From: Raillietiella orientalis
Taxonomy: Eukaryota
Assembly (NCBI GenBank): GCA_036172245.1
Contig: JAYWIR010000022.1
Span: 1,426,001 to 1,490,000 of the forward strand
Direction of reading: 5' to 3'
DNA: 64,000 bases
Position 1 is the first letter of the stretch. Each line of letters starts with the position of its first letter. Of the stretch, positions 1 through 14,832 are shown in pieces. The notes beneath the pieces were generated by a model. The model did no database searches. It was given only the letters and a program-made list of their open reading frames with translations, and had not been told where the DNA came from. The translations under genes and the position numbers were made by a program.

Positions 1-3000
1 GGGGAAATGGACAGACTCTCAGACAAGACTGCAGGTCACTACTGAGTGAAACCGCTTCTTGAACGCTCAAATGAACCTCGATGATCTGAAGGTTGGAGAA
101 AGAGAAAGCTGGAAGTGTCGATTCCGGTCAAATGAAAAATTATCCTTTTCGCTGATACGCTTTAGCATTAGATATCAATCAGAAGGATAGGTTGTTCTCC
201 AGCTGATTCCCATCTCTGAGGTGAGCTTGAGCTTTAAGATTTTAAAAAGATTCTGCTATAGTGAAGTTCCGTCATCTTTAGACGCTGACCAGGACACCTT
301 CAGAAAATTTGTATTGAAATCTCTTAGGAAGAGGGATCGTTCGAGATCTTACGAATCTGGGAGTCATGTTGATTTTCCCCTCTGAATCGCAGCGCCGTAC
401 CGTACTTCGAAACGGCATGATGTGAAACCTCCATCATGATATCCATCTCGGAATCTCTAGATTTTCATAGCATGATCATCCAGCTCGATTGCTACTTTGG
501 AAAAAGATGTGCATTCCCGCTGGCGCATGTTTATCTGGCGTCTGTCTGTCGACCTCGCTGCTGTTGGTTGGTTGGTCAGCTGCGTACGCGCACGTACCAG
601 CTCAGATTTCAAGTTCATCATTCAATCTGTCTGTTCTGAGCGCACACCAGTGAAAAACCCCGTTTGCTGCAGCGACTCCTCTCCGTGGTTTGATTTTAAG
701 AAAGTTCTGATGGAATTTTCATTGCCCGTTCTTTGTTCCAACTAATTTAGCAGCACATCCTACAGAAATACCCATTTGTTTCCGCAATTTAATAATGCTT
801 GCGCTTAATAATAACAGTGATGCTTAATTTCCTATCTCGAGGAAGTCGATTACTATCTTAATTTCATGCCTGAGAAACCTGATTTCCATGTCAAACGCTT
901 GTATGTAGTTTCCTAATGGAGACTGCAATCGGCCATTTATTTCCTATCCAATTTCCTTCAGCTCCGGAGGATGAATACACATCGACTCGCGGGCCAGAGT
1001 TGCAGCACAAATGCATTTGTATTTATTTCTCGCTTTCAAATGTGCTGGTGTTCGTTAGTCTGCAAAACGAAGGTCCGACACCATATTTTGGTACAATCGC
1101 CCCTCCGGATCACCCTACTTAGTAAACAGTTCGTTCTGTGATGCTTTCGAGGGATGCGCGGAAAGGGACAGGGACTGCTGAAGAATCTCCAGGAGGTGGC
1201 TTACAGAAATATCGCGTGATGTTGAATACTCTACAAGTGCTTCTGGATTCTCGAGGGAACGGGAGAAGTAGAAGTGATTGAACGGTTCTCCAAAATTTTC
1301 TGAAGGAGAGCTTGAAGGAAAATCAGCAACTGATTTTCACGTCGATATCGTCAGATACAGCAATAGAATTTCGGCACACATCCTTGTTTTGAAACCATTG
1401 AAATTTCCGTCACGTTTTGAGAGGCTTGCTAACTGATCTTGCGTGCAGCATCCGAAATTTAGTGAAAGCTTCATTCTGAAGAAACATCCATGCTTCAGGA
1501 GTGCTTTCGTGTGCAAATCCACATTTTGCAATCTCTTCCTTCTTTTGGTCCATAACATTTCTAAACCGCAAAAGATTTTTCACTCCGAAAGATTAACAAA
1601 ATCAGTGAATTGGTTATTTTCTAGAAAATGGATTTCGGAAAATGACGCTTGCGTATATTTTTGTAACTTTTGTAGTAATATTCTGGATGGAAACGCCTTG
1701 GTAGAAAAAAAAAAAAATACTTAGAACGAGATTCAGTTCCATTTCGAAGACTTGGGTGCAAAATCAAAACCTCAGGAAACCTAACGGTTAATGCTGTGTT
1801 AGGAAGAACGTCTCCACTTCCCTTCCAAATTTTCCGCTAGTTCTTGTACGAACAGTCGCATTCACATCTTCTGAAGTAGAACTCTCACCTCTCAGAGACA
1901 GCCTCGCTGAAAAGTACCACAAGCTGAATTCCAAAGCACAGAGGAGCTCATTTGAATTCCCGTGCTTGTTTTGCATTATCGGTGCTTCCATAAAGACATG
2001 TGCTTGTATTAAGACCCATCTTTCCGTTATTGCTACTGCTTGAGATGACTGTTAACTTAGATTAAAGCTATCCTACTTGAGATTTTGCCACAAGAAGAAA
2101 CGTATCTTCCTCGTGTATAGCACAGAGCTGACCTTTCTAACTTTGGAAAAAGTGCAGCCAACTTTTCTTAAGGCTTACTTTGATATTTGGTGAGAGTCTC
2201 TTCCTCATCAAATGCACCATTCCTATTTTTATCAGAGAAATGGAGATACTCCGATAACCAACCTTTGTATGAAATTCCAGTAACCGAATTTATTTGAATT
2301 TTTCCTTTTTCCTGTGTCTATTTCCAAGAAAAATGATTGGCTGCGCACAAGGTCCATCGGAGGTATGAATGTGCTTGATGAATGCCTCGCAATACCTTTC
2401 AGGGGATTTCAGGACGAGAGTTCAGTTAATACCTCTTTCTAAAATTGACTGTTCTGGAGCCAAGACACTGGTTGTTCCAAACACTGTGGCGAGCGAAAAC
2501 ACCCGCTGCATCTGCAAATAGGAAATCCAACGGACTTGCAACAAGCGAAGGGAAAATAAAGAATAGACTGAATTCATACCAATATGCAAACAAAAATACC
2601 TCCTCTTCCTGACAACTGGGTGCTGATGCCCTTTTTCGTGGAAATAACGAGCCTTCCGAAAGATTTCAAGGATTCGGTTTTTTTGAGGAATGAACCACGG
2701 AAACTCATGAGGAATAGGTAGCATCTTGAAGCGTTTTTAAAGCACACTTCATCAGTATTTTACATCGACTTAAAGGTGTCCTCTGTTCTCAGCTCATCGT
2801 CCCTAGAAGACCACAATTCAGAGAATCGTCCCTGCTTCCTGCAAAATGAGTTACTATGCCGGAGTGTGTTCTGGACAATGTTCAAACGTATCCTCAGTAT
2901 AGACATCGAACGTAGTTTCCAATCTTATCCGGTGAATCCGGCACAGTTGCCCTGCGATATTGACCCTGGCTACTCTATGGAAGCGTCACCAATCTACCAG

Positions 3001-6000
3001 CCCACCGCTCACCAAGGACGTTTTAAAAAACCTCGTGCCTCATGGAAAAGAATTCTTGTTCAGCGTTTCACGTACATGCATTTCATGGAAACAACACACT
3101 GTGCTTCCAGGAACCGAGTGACTGCTGGGGTAGACGTATAACTTCCCAGGACTCTTTCCTCACTTAACTGGATTCACCGAGAATGATTTTTGATTCACCG
3201 ATGAACAATCCTCCATGTACCTAGAAGAGATGGAGTCCAGCTGCGTTTGTTTGAGCACTTGAAATTTCTTTTAGTGCTACATTTCTTGAAGCAATGCAAT
3301 CTGTCACCTATGCAGACTCCCAAACTCGGTAAGAGAATTGGGTCGCCCATACTGCCGTGACATTTTTTCATCTTTACTATCCTCACCTTGTTATTTACCT
3401 AGAACTCAAAACAAATGCGAATCACAGCAAAAGCAGACCAGGATGTGCGAACCCGTACGTACCTTGGGCGATCTCTCTTTCCGCCCTTACTCGCGATGGC
3501 ACCTTCTTCTCCAGCACGATCGTGTACGCGCGTGTTCCTCACGAGAGCATTGAGCGATTCTGGTCAAAACGACCGATTTTTGTTCCGTAGACTCAGATAG
3601 ACGTAGTCGGCATTAGTTGCCTCCCATGAATAGGTGCACTCAAATATGTCTTCCTGATTCCCCTTTCTATTTCCATTCCGTTTTCCTTCAGCTCGGGAGT
3701 CGTGTTGCTGTTTGTCGCAGGATCCTCCTTGGACAAATCTGCCTCCTCACCTGTCATCAGCTTCTCCTCCTTGCTGCATCATCTTACCGGATATATATTA
3801 CAGAATCCATACATTACAGACTTTTTTTTTTTGATGAAGAGTTCGTTCTTGCTGTTGGGCCATCCATTTTGTTGGGTCATCCAAAAGGTTCGCGCACCAG
3901 CTTCCAAGTAGAGGATTTTGAAAGTGCAAAATCACCAGTGGAGTCAACCTACAAAAGGAAGCAGGAAGTGTGCCTGAGATCTCATTGGAGCAAACAGAAA
4001 AACAGGCATCAGAGAGCCTCTTCCTTCCTCCTACGAAATCTTACGATCACCTGGACTGCTTCTTGCTTGAGAGAGGGTCTTTCGACTTCTGCTCCACGTG
4101 CCAAGCCGTCATGGATTGTCCGTGTACATGAATGTCTATGTTGATATTACTAGCATTCTTGGGACTGAGAAGTAGACCATCATTTCGATCCTCAGCTTAG
4201 AACGGAACCCACAACATCTATCTATGAACTAGTTCCGGGGTCCATCTTCCAAGGATTGCTTCTTGTACACCGCCATCTTCAAACCGTGTCTCTTGACTCT
4301 CTTCGACACGAGGAGTTAAGATCAAAACCGAAAGAGATCCGGGAGCGGGATATTCCAAGATTCTCAGTGCTCAAACAGACCTAAGGAGAAAAAAAAGTGG
4401 TAATTAATTTGGAGGGTCCGAGAAGAGACAGAACTCCGATGTCAAGCAAAGACAAGAGATACATATCTGAAAGTCTTGGGGACGGAATTGGAGCCAGGGA
4501 AGAATGGGGAAAAGGCCAAATTGATACCTTGATTTGAAATGGTTTTAAAGGGGAGATAATTCATATACCATAATTGAATGATCCCTCCTGAATTCTTGCA
4601 AAATTTTTCAGATAATGGGGTTACCCACGGAGAACTGCCACACGTTACGAAAGATCAGTGATCTTTCTCCTGCTGAAGACAAAAAAGTGAGCGAGTTAAA
4701 AGCTCCTATTTCTGAAAATGGTTTACAACTCCCTAAGCATCCAGAGAAGTCCGCATGTGCGATATCTTTGCACCATTCTGTTACATAGCCAACTCTTCCG
4801 CCTGTGTGATAAGTTCTTGATCTGGGCTTCGATCTCAGTCAACAACCCTGAAAAAATGCTCCTTTTCCTGTGAAACCACTTCTCACCTCGCTCCCTGAGC
4901 GACGATCAGCGTATAAAAATGATCCGAGGCCCACATAAATGGTCATCATGTCAATGCTGTTCCCTGAAGACGTCCTGAAAGTAACCCATCCAACAGGACT
5001 CTCTCTGGCAATACCTACTTTCTGGAACTAGGCTTTATTTTTCTGGAAATCGAGATGGCAGGATGGAGGAAGTTGCATTTTTCTGATGATCTGCATGTAA
5101 TGCTGAAAGATTCATGCTGAACAACTCCCTCATGCTTCGTGAAGATGCTTCCTGGATGGTCTCTGGATAATTGCAAAACTAAGTTGCTCTTAGTCTTTCT
5201 ATGTGTACCTATGTTAGGTCTCCTGAAACTACTCCAGCCGAAATTTTTTCGAGAAATTTGTAACCTAGTTTGATGGAACTGAAGTCGCTGTCTGCTGCAT
5301 TCCACCTCTATACTGATGAAAGAAGAAAGTCATCAAGGTGGGATCATGAAATGTTTGTTCGTGTTTGTGCTTCACTGTTGACGATGAAGTTTTTTTTTTT
5401 TGCTTCCGGCTGTTCTCTTCATTGTGTCCTCCACTCGACACTGTGGTCTCATTAGAATTTCTTCATCTAGGCTGATAAATGACCCTCCAGTATATGCCCT
5501 GTATATTGAAACATAGAATTTTCTTATATTCTTTATCGAAAGCCTCCGTTCTTTAGAACTTCATCGTTTGTTGAATCCTATGAATCTGAGAATCCTACGA
5601 CGATCTCTCTGATGATTATTGGTACTCCATCATCGGACAAATGGAGAACCAATCTGCGAAACTTATCCTCCTTCCTTCGTCTCGATTCTAATACATCAGC
5701 AAAACATTTCTAGGAGAGGTGACATCCACTATTACTACTTTCCCGTCATTCTGAAGCACCAGATCCAGTCAGAATTTTGAATCTGCTCTGGGGAGGGATC
5801 GATTGGAGGCCTCAGCTTCTACTTTAGCCTTGCGTAACCCTTTTGATCCCGGATACGTGTTCGTCGCGTTTCTCGGTGATCGTGCTTTTGCTCCTAATGA
5901 AGTGGATGAGGATGTAGTTGAAGGATTCTTACCATCCATTAACCTCCTACCTGGTGTACGATGATAGTAAATTCACCTCCCCTGTATAAATGATTGTTAA

Positions 6001-9000
6001 ACTGATCTCCGTTCAATGATAATCGTGACGACACACAGCATGCTGTTCCAAACAGAATATGTCCTGCCTTTGATCTAGGTACTCTTCCGTGAGGAAAAGC
6101 CAGGCTTCCTTGTGAGGGATCATGCCAACCGGAGGTGATTTTCCTTATATACTTGTTGAGATTGCATCTCCAATCGGGACTCTGAATTCGCTTCCCTCAA
6201 AGGTCCATTCCATTCTTACTCGGAAAGATGTTTGTTGCTCTTCTATCCAGATGTTTGCGATGTCATTTTTCTATTGAATTTTCCCTCCCAAATCTCCAGC
6301 CGCCGCTGATGCATGCAGTCTTCACCATCAATCTCACAAGTTCGCTGTGTTCTTTGAGAGAACTCCTCCTCTGCTGGATTTGTTCGGGTTAATAGTTTGA
6401 ATCAACTATCCATGATGAAACTGTCGTTCTCATTCACAAGTGGATGAGAGATCACTAATTCATATGATTCACATGCGCTTAAGAACAGCTTATCCTTCCT
6501 GATTTTTCACTCTCGATTCGGATCTCACGCATCATTTTCATCGTAGAGAATGCTATGAAATGCGTAGACTGTCAGTTTGAAATAATCTAAAATAAGGCAT
6601 ATTGCCCAATCTGAAGTGCTTTTTACCAAATCAGAACGAAGCAACAGTTCGATTCGAATCCCCAATACACGAAAGGCATCTTTGCCGTCTTAGCACAACG
6701 CAAAGTCTTGAAACGTGTCGCTCTGTTTTGGGGTTTCCTTCCTCAGCCCCATGCGTAGATTTGAGAGTGTTTGTTTCTTGGGTTGTGCTCTCCTGATATC
6801 CCATAATCATGATACGTGCATGATACGTGATACGTGTTGGAAAAACATAGAACTGCCATGATTTATGACGTTTTATAACTGTCATGCTGGTTACCTGATA
6901 TCAACTGAAGTGTTTCTTTTCAAGTGTTCCACCTTACTTGAAAAATATCAGAAATTTGTACAGGAGGGCAGAGTGAAGGATTCGAAAATACTATTAAGAA
7001 GATAGGAGCATGAAGAAGATGAAGAAACATAGTGAATTCGAAATAGGATCAACATGTTAGTTACTTTCAGGATTCCAGGCAGATAGCATCCAATTAAGAT
7101 TGCAAATACGACATCCTGCATGGACTCAGAGACCAGCTGATGGGAGCAAGTAGAGGATCAACTCAGGATCATCTAAAAGACTTGTTAGATAGTGCACTAA
7201 GATTCTTACCCCTGTCATGAAAAGATCATTCTGGTGATTTCACGAATGGTTTGGAAGGATACTTTGCTGATTTTGTTGCGTGTTGAGATGATGTTTGAAT
7301 AAATCAGTGCATCTGCATACAGCAATCCCTTGCCATTCTTCAAGTTGACCGAAAAGGGGGAAACAAATCAGCTCACAAATTTACCTGGTGCTATTCGAGA
7401 TGTCCTTCAAAAACCCATAAGTGATAGACAGAAATGATTGGCATGGCGGGATGAAGCAGTTTCGTTCATTCATACATATATGCATACATCATTCTGATGC
7501 TACTCACCTAGATGTCTTCAGAATAAACGGGCCCAAAATTCTTTAAAACAGCAGCGAGCACTCGCTATTAAAATTATGTTTTTCGATCGCTCATGCAAAC
7601 CTGCACAATGACGAAAATCAAAGCATCCAAACATTTGCATTAAGCCGTGAATGTTGATGCATTATTTCTACTGCTTTTCGAGAGTCAGATCGGTTTAGCG
7701 TGATGGTGGCAAAACGAGTTGGTCAGCAATGATCGCAGTGCTTCTCTTCCACTTAAGGCTTGTTTCCATGAGTACCTACTTATTCAAAACACGATTTCAA
7801 ACACGAGATGGAACTTCCTTGTTACCTTATCCTGGAGCATCTGTACATCTGTACATTTTGAGATTGATGCTTGAGAAGAACGAGGAAAAGGTGCGCATCT
7901 TGCACGTTAATCTTGCTCAGAGGCTGGTAAGTTGGAAAGTCTGCGAAATGAAAAGTGTATCCAGTAGGATCAATCTCGATTCTTAACGATGCTTATTTGG
8001 ATGTGAATCCTGAGAGAATAATTTTGGATGGAAACTAACACAGATGCATTGATTGCTAAAGGAACAAATAGCGATTTTTCCGAAAGTTTTGCTTTCAGCA
8101 GAACAATTATTTTTCGAGTTTAAAGACAGCTTCTGTTCAAGCACTTTCTGTCTTGTCCTTTTGCTTTTTTGTGGGCTCTTTTTGCAACATTTTCGTTTCC
8201 TGCCCTACTGCTACTTATTTTGACTGTTAGTTTCTGAGTCCCCTTATCATCAGAACATGACAGGACGTGAAGAGAGATCAGGGTCGATGAGTTCATTAGC
8301 TCTTTAAAATACTCGGAAAGTCCTGGACAATACTTGGAAAATATTTTCTTGTTTTTTGGTGGTTTCTGGAAAATCATCTCTTTCATGATCGCACAACTCT
8401 TCATACCCGACACATGGAAGCATGTACGGCTTCGTCGAATACATTTCTAGGAAACTCATCCTCTTGTAATTTTATGCTCTTCTTTTTTTTTCTCTTGTGG
8501 ATGTTCTCCACTTAGAGATCCGAAATTTATCCTTCGCTTACCAAGATACGAATGATTCCTTCAGATTTCAAACGAACTCCATCGCTCACCAACTAACACA
8601 TTACTAAAGAAAACGTCAGGTATAGGTTGTCGCATTAATTGGTGTATTGATAGCTACAAGATAAATTACGATCTATTTGTAGTTTGCTTAGCCCCATCCG
8701 TGAAAGCTTCCAAAGATAACTGAAGGTCTTAGAGTGCCCTTAGAATGACCTTAGAGTGCCCTGAATTTCTACTAATGGTTGTCTTCTAGAGTTAAGTAAT
8801 TGCTGTTGTTGTGTAGCTATTATTCCTCGGAGTGTATCCCTCCTATAATTCAGTGCTAAAGCTGAGTCCCTTTTGATTGTATTTTGAATTCTATTCTTCT
8901 CCTTGAAATTTTAGTAAAAAAAAATCTGATTTATAAGCAGGAGTAAACCGTTGTATCTTTCATTCAGAAATTCTCTGCCTTCCTTACAATGGCTGTGAAC

Positions 9001-12000
9001 CACAAAATGATTCTTTAAGGAACAAAGCAAAGAACCATGATCTTATTGAATTAGAAGAAGAAAAAAAAGAAGCTCTGTTACTACTTTATTTTACTGAACC
9101 GGATGAAATGATGCCCGTCATTCAAGCTAATTTTCAAGTTCAGCGTTCCGAAACATGGTTCTTTTTCTGAATGACAAAAGGACTTTAGCAGACAATTTAC
9201 GTGTTAAGAAGAAATTATTTGTTGATCTGCATGCAATTGTGCGAAGATATCTAAGGATCATAAAAACATGCTATAAATGTTACTCTAAGAATGATGGACC
9301 TCCTGAGTAATGGTGCGAGCAGCATGAAGATTGTTTTTTGTCATAATTTTGCTAATTCGGTGGGAACCTTATTTGTCTCTCCTTCGTTTTCAAAAACAAA
9401 GGTCACTCGAAGAATCCGAGTCCTCCAGCTCAATACCATGGCAAACGGATGAAGGACAATCCTAAGAACCGCGGAAGAGAATTATGCACTTTGGATACTG
9501 AGATCGAAGTGTGGAAACGAAGCAGTTGCAAGAGCATTTTTCTGAAGATTATGAAGGGATTGAATTTTTTGCTATGAGGATGTGCATTTTAAAGGCAGTT
9601 TTCTGGATCGTGAAAAATGGGGATTTCTGCCTCATGAACCAAATCAACCATCTCACAGGTGTATCAGTCGCGGTCGTCTTTCCGGAAACCGGACCAGGAG
9701 TGCTTTGTGTTCTGCGAAAGGTAGTTGGTTCTCTTTGATGTGTTTTGTTTTGTGCAACATTTGCCAATAGGGAGGCTACAGGGAGGTTTGCTCGTTTCAG
9801 GACAATTAACATGCATAAAACGAGTGTCATAACTGTGATGTAAGGATGAGAAGTGCTCGCATTTACGTCCACGCGTTATTAAGTGGGAGAAACAATGTCA
9901 TTAAACAAACTTTCTGGAGAGGAGACTTCCGGATGAATGCGTTGCCAAGCATCTATTTTCATTTTTGAACACCTTTGCACTTCAAGCATTCATGATTATT
10001 TATCTGTTCAAGGGGCTTGCATTGGCCATAATCGCATACGGCGATGTTTGGTTCAGCAGTTGAATCATAATATAATGAGGACGAACGAAAGTTCCCCCTT
10101 ATTAAGCAATTGCTAAGAGTCCCTTCCCACCCACCCCTTGAGTCGTAAGTTTCTTTCCCTGGTGATGAAGTGTATTTTAAAGAAACTATTTGTTACAGAC
10201 CTTCGGACTTATTTGGTTAGCATTTTACTATCAATCTTTTACTTATGTTTCCAACTTTTCATCGCGTGTATTTTCTAATGAAGCTGTATTCCTTAAGAGC
10301 TGATCGTTCGGGAAATTATTAAAGATTTCTACACTAGGTTGACTTTAATTTTCTTCTAATTGTTATTCATTTCAATGGTTTCAAACGAGAGTATTTCCGT
10401 GAATCTTTTGTGAATTCAACCATTTTTTGAATCACTTTGACGTCTTTGACTCAACCTGAATTTTGGAGCTTTGCGGGTGCAAGTTTTTTGAAATGTCCTA
10501 ATTTAAGATGACGTGAATATTGTGGTTTTACATTTGATCTGATCCTTGAATACGTGATACACGCAACATTTAGATAATATGGAGCTAACTGATAGTCTGA
10601 GACTTGGTTTGATCTTGGAAAACAGACTTTTTCCGATGTCTCTTTGTCAAAGCTTTTAGGTCCGTCATAAGTTTTTCTATTGACCTCAAAGCATTCTACC
10701 TCTGACATCTGATAAAGAAACTCAGACTGTGTTCTGGCCATTTGGTTATCATTGCACAATCGACAGTTTCTGCAGCTTCAGAGGTGTATTGATTCGGTTC
10801 ATGATCTGTTTATGGAAAATTAAGAACAGAGGCTGTTCTTCAAGTGACTCCAACGGAATTCTACTCGAGTGAGAGAGAACTTGGAGAGTATAAAATGGTG
10901 AGTTCACCACTGTGCCTCTTGATTAGGCGAAGTTTGATTTAGATACGCAATAAATGGCCACTGCATTGCAAGGTCAAACAACCTACACAAGTTGACAGGC
11001 TAGCCATAACTGATACTACCTCATTTGTATCAATAACTACCTTTGCAAGGAAAACCGACAGCCTATATTCTGTGTACATAAGATTGTGCCCAAACATGTT
11101 CTTCAGACTGTTCCCTATTTTATCCTTAAATCCAAGTTAAATTACTTGGATTCACATGACATAACGGTCTATATAAAGATGAAATCCACTTCCTTGTGCT
11201 ACATCAATTCATAAATGCCAAAAGTTCGTTTATGATGGCTTCTCAACAGGAATAACAAATGTCTCTTTAAAATTAGTGAAACTCCACGATTGATCCCATC
11301 ATGGTTCTGACAGGCATGATTGCAAAATGTGCGAATGATCGACATCTAAGTAGTTCATACAAAACATTCCTTACTTTTTTGTAGAAGATCCAGCTTCTAG
11401 ATCATTTTTCTACTGGATTTCTTGAAACGTAGCTGAAAACAGTGCTTAGATTCAGCCATTTTTAATTCTAGGGTAACGTGTAGAGTGTTGTTACCTAACC
11501 ACTTTCAGCAGGCATTGAGAAGCAGAAACTGAATGATTTCTTGGCTTTCAATAGCAGCTTCGGAATTATCCCTCACCTTCCATGAAACGAGACATCATTA
11601 AGTGCTGATGTAGAGTCCTTTGATAACTCCAGATAACTTAAGATTTGCTACAAACTAGTGGAAAGTAACAAAATTATGAACCTTCAGTTGCATATTTAGT
11701 TCGCCGCGAATCTTGCTTTGGTGTTATTCTTGTGATATCAAAAACTCACTCATACTCATTCCTTTGGTTTATGTAGAGTGCAAAGGAATCCAGTATAACA
11801 TTCAGAAGCGATCATTTAATGATCTTGTATTTTGGCGAGGATATCAGTTGCATTCCTTCTGTGATGTTTTTCGTCCTCGTTTATTCTGTTGAAAAAAAAA
11901 ATAAAAAAAGCTAAAAAATCGTTAATTAATCCGGAAAATGCCGTTATTCGTAATAAAATAGGGAACGTTCGTGAGGAAAGTGACTCTCCATAATGAGAAA

Positions 12001-14832
12001 ACCGATATTGGGAAACTGGGAACTGTCCTCAGCTTGGAAACTGAAACAAGTTAGTAGTTGCAGAAGTGCCTTATTCGTTCATGAAATGGATGATTTAAAA
12101 GGCATAATGAAGATTCTGATCAGATAATTCAAATCCCATTGGAGTTTTGATGCTTTCATGACATTATAGGAAAAAAGATGTGTAATTCCAATGAAAGAAA
12201 TACAATTTTGTATAATTTGCATCAGCACTCCATGTTTTTTGGCTAACGATTTCAGCTAATTATTTTGCTTGCGTCTACCAGCTTGCGTTCCATACTTTTA
12301 TTGTGAACGTTTATGATTCAGCTGATAACCTTCACTTCTTCAGTCATTAAATATTTTTTCATTAAACTTTGTGACTGCTGGGTCAGCTTGAACGTATGTA
12401 CTCTGTATACTGGATTTGGTTTTATCATGAATTCGTGCTGTTTTCGTTTATGAACACTCGCAGTGTAATGCACTATTCCAGTAAAAGAATTAGATATCGA
12501 CTAATAATCGTAGAAGCGTTCTTTAGGATTAATTTTTATTTTTAATATTGCTTGCTATCCAATAAAACAGTATTCTTCATAGCTTTTGAATTTTTGCTTT
12601 TACGTGTACTGTCGCTCTTTGAGGTATACCATGCCGTTACGTATCCATTGATTGTTATGTACACATTTGTCATGATTAGGATACTTCAGAATAATTTGGT
12701 ACCTATATAGACGTCTGTAGTGCTATAATGCATTGCTGTTTGTGTAATCTATTTTTAGTGCTCATATGTTTCCGGTCTTCCATTTTACCTACAATGAGAA
12801 CAATGAATGTGGACTATTTATGATTCTAGATACTATATGGATTGGTGCCACACTTTGGTGTATCAAATCATAATTGTTCTTTATCGTTTAAAGTTATTTT
12901 ATTCAGATTCTGTGTATGCCATATATTTGTAGTTAAGTCATACTTTTGATTCATGTATTAAATTTTATGGAATTGCTCAAGTGCATAGTGATGAGACTTC
13001 TTTCTCTCTAATTCTGTTCTTCTGTCCATGGTAAATTTTAAAAATTCGTTTTTGTTTACTTCATTTCTCTATTATTTTTTGCACATCATCTGTTACAACT
13101 ATCCTTTTCAGTTCATCTCATTCTTCAGGCCTCTGTAAATGTGCCTTTATGATTCACAGATTCTTACTAAAAAACTATTTACTGAGTCACCAACCGACTT
13201 TCAACTCTGATACATTAGTGCTTCAGTACAACCTTAATATTGCAACTAACCTAGGACAAAACAGCCACACTTGTATGTATTTCAGTATTTTAGCCACATG
13301 TAGCCAAATACTTTCGTTTTTACTGGCCAGTTTTTCACTCATGTACTGTTCTATATCTTCAAAGGTTCAAAAATTGTTAGTTTTTATTTTCATTGATTTA
13401 AGGAATCAAAACTGGAGCTTCACCACAGTTTGAGGAAAGTATTATAAGCAGTCTTTGTCCTGTCCATTCTTTCCAAAAATAAGAATGCATCATTTTTGAC
13501 AACATGCATGAGTAAATTGGATAAAAATGTCAGAAATTCATCTTATTTACAAGTATTTATTAGTTGATCTCTGAATTCAGTTTACAGTAGACCTGCCAGT
13601 TTCACAAATCAGGGAAACTGAAACTTCTTCGAGGAATTTTGATTTCATCATTGCACCTTGGATTGATCACCACTGACAAGACATATCCAGGCTAAAATAT
13701 CTTATACTAGGTCGTTAATGTCCTTAGAACGATATTTTAATTCCTAAAACTCGATTAGTACTATTTTCACTCTTGTTTGGAATTGGTTCTGTTACTTGAT
13801 TTTGGGAGGTCAAAACTATTGCAATTTCTCGTTTTAATTCTAATTATTATTTCTCCTTTAAATTCCGAACAGAACTTAATACTGTTCTTTTGTGCATTCG
13901 TTTTATTATGTTTTCTTTTATTGTTTCTAGTAGGACTGAGGATGTCCTAATCAGAAATATTCCAACATTATGTATGGTTTGCATTACAAAATTAGCAGCT
14001 TCATCACAAATAGGTAAACATTCACTTACTCCTCCAAATTATTACTTCTGTTGGTTCTGATCTTGGCACCGATTCTAATTCAGTACATGAAGTAAATCTG
14101 TAGAATGCTTACATTTCATTTGGTTAAAAAAAAATCTGTTCCATAATAAATGCATGTCCATGTTACTGGGTTTAAAATTCGGATTTTGTTTTTTCCAGTT
14201 TGTCATTTTCAAGTCTGAGAATTCGAACAATTAGGATTTAATCATTAAGAGATCCTTACTTTCCAAAATGATTCAGAATTTCATTCAGGAAGTTGTGCAA
14301 ATTTCTAGACTATATTATAATCCAGTAATTGACCAAGAGCTTCTGGGTGCTTAACTATGAGGTTGAGCAAGAAATGAAATATTAGATGTTTGTTTAAGCC
14401 TATGAACTGTTGAAAAATTACAGTAATGAAGTAAATTTTAAGGCCTGATTAATAAAACCCTATGCTTTATTCCATCAGTACCTAATAGTCTCTGGTACTG
14501 ACATAACACAGAATGTGTACTCAGCTGTTGCTGGAGCACAAAGTGGTGTTTGCTTGCCCACCAACTTAAAACACTAAATTTGAATAACTTTGCAGAATTA
14601 TTTCACAATATCAAAATGCACCAATTTTTCATCAGTCATTAATATCTTGAATTTTAGATTTTGATAGAAAGTTTAAGATCTTACAATTACTTCTGAAAGC
14701 ACATTACCAGAATTCACTTGTAAATATATTTACATGTTTCTGCATGTCACATTAGAAGTTTTAAAGATTTCAAATTCAATGCAAAAATAAAGAATAAATT
14801 CCATTCCAATATCATGCCCTAAACTGTAAAAC

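Noticed and set aside
10895..10903. ATG/GTGAGT, a possible start-codon-only first exon
   Set aside because: No in-phase downstream coding exon could be found in 11-14.8 kb.
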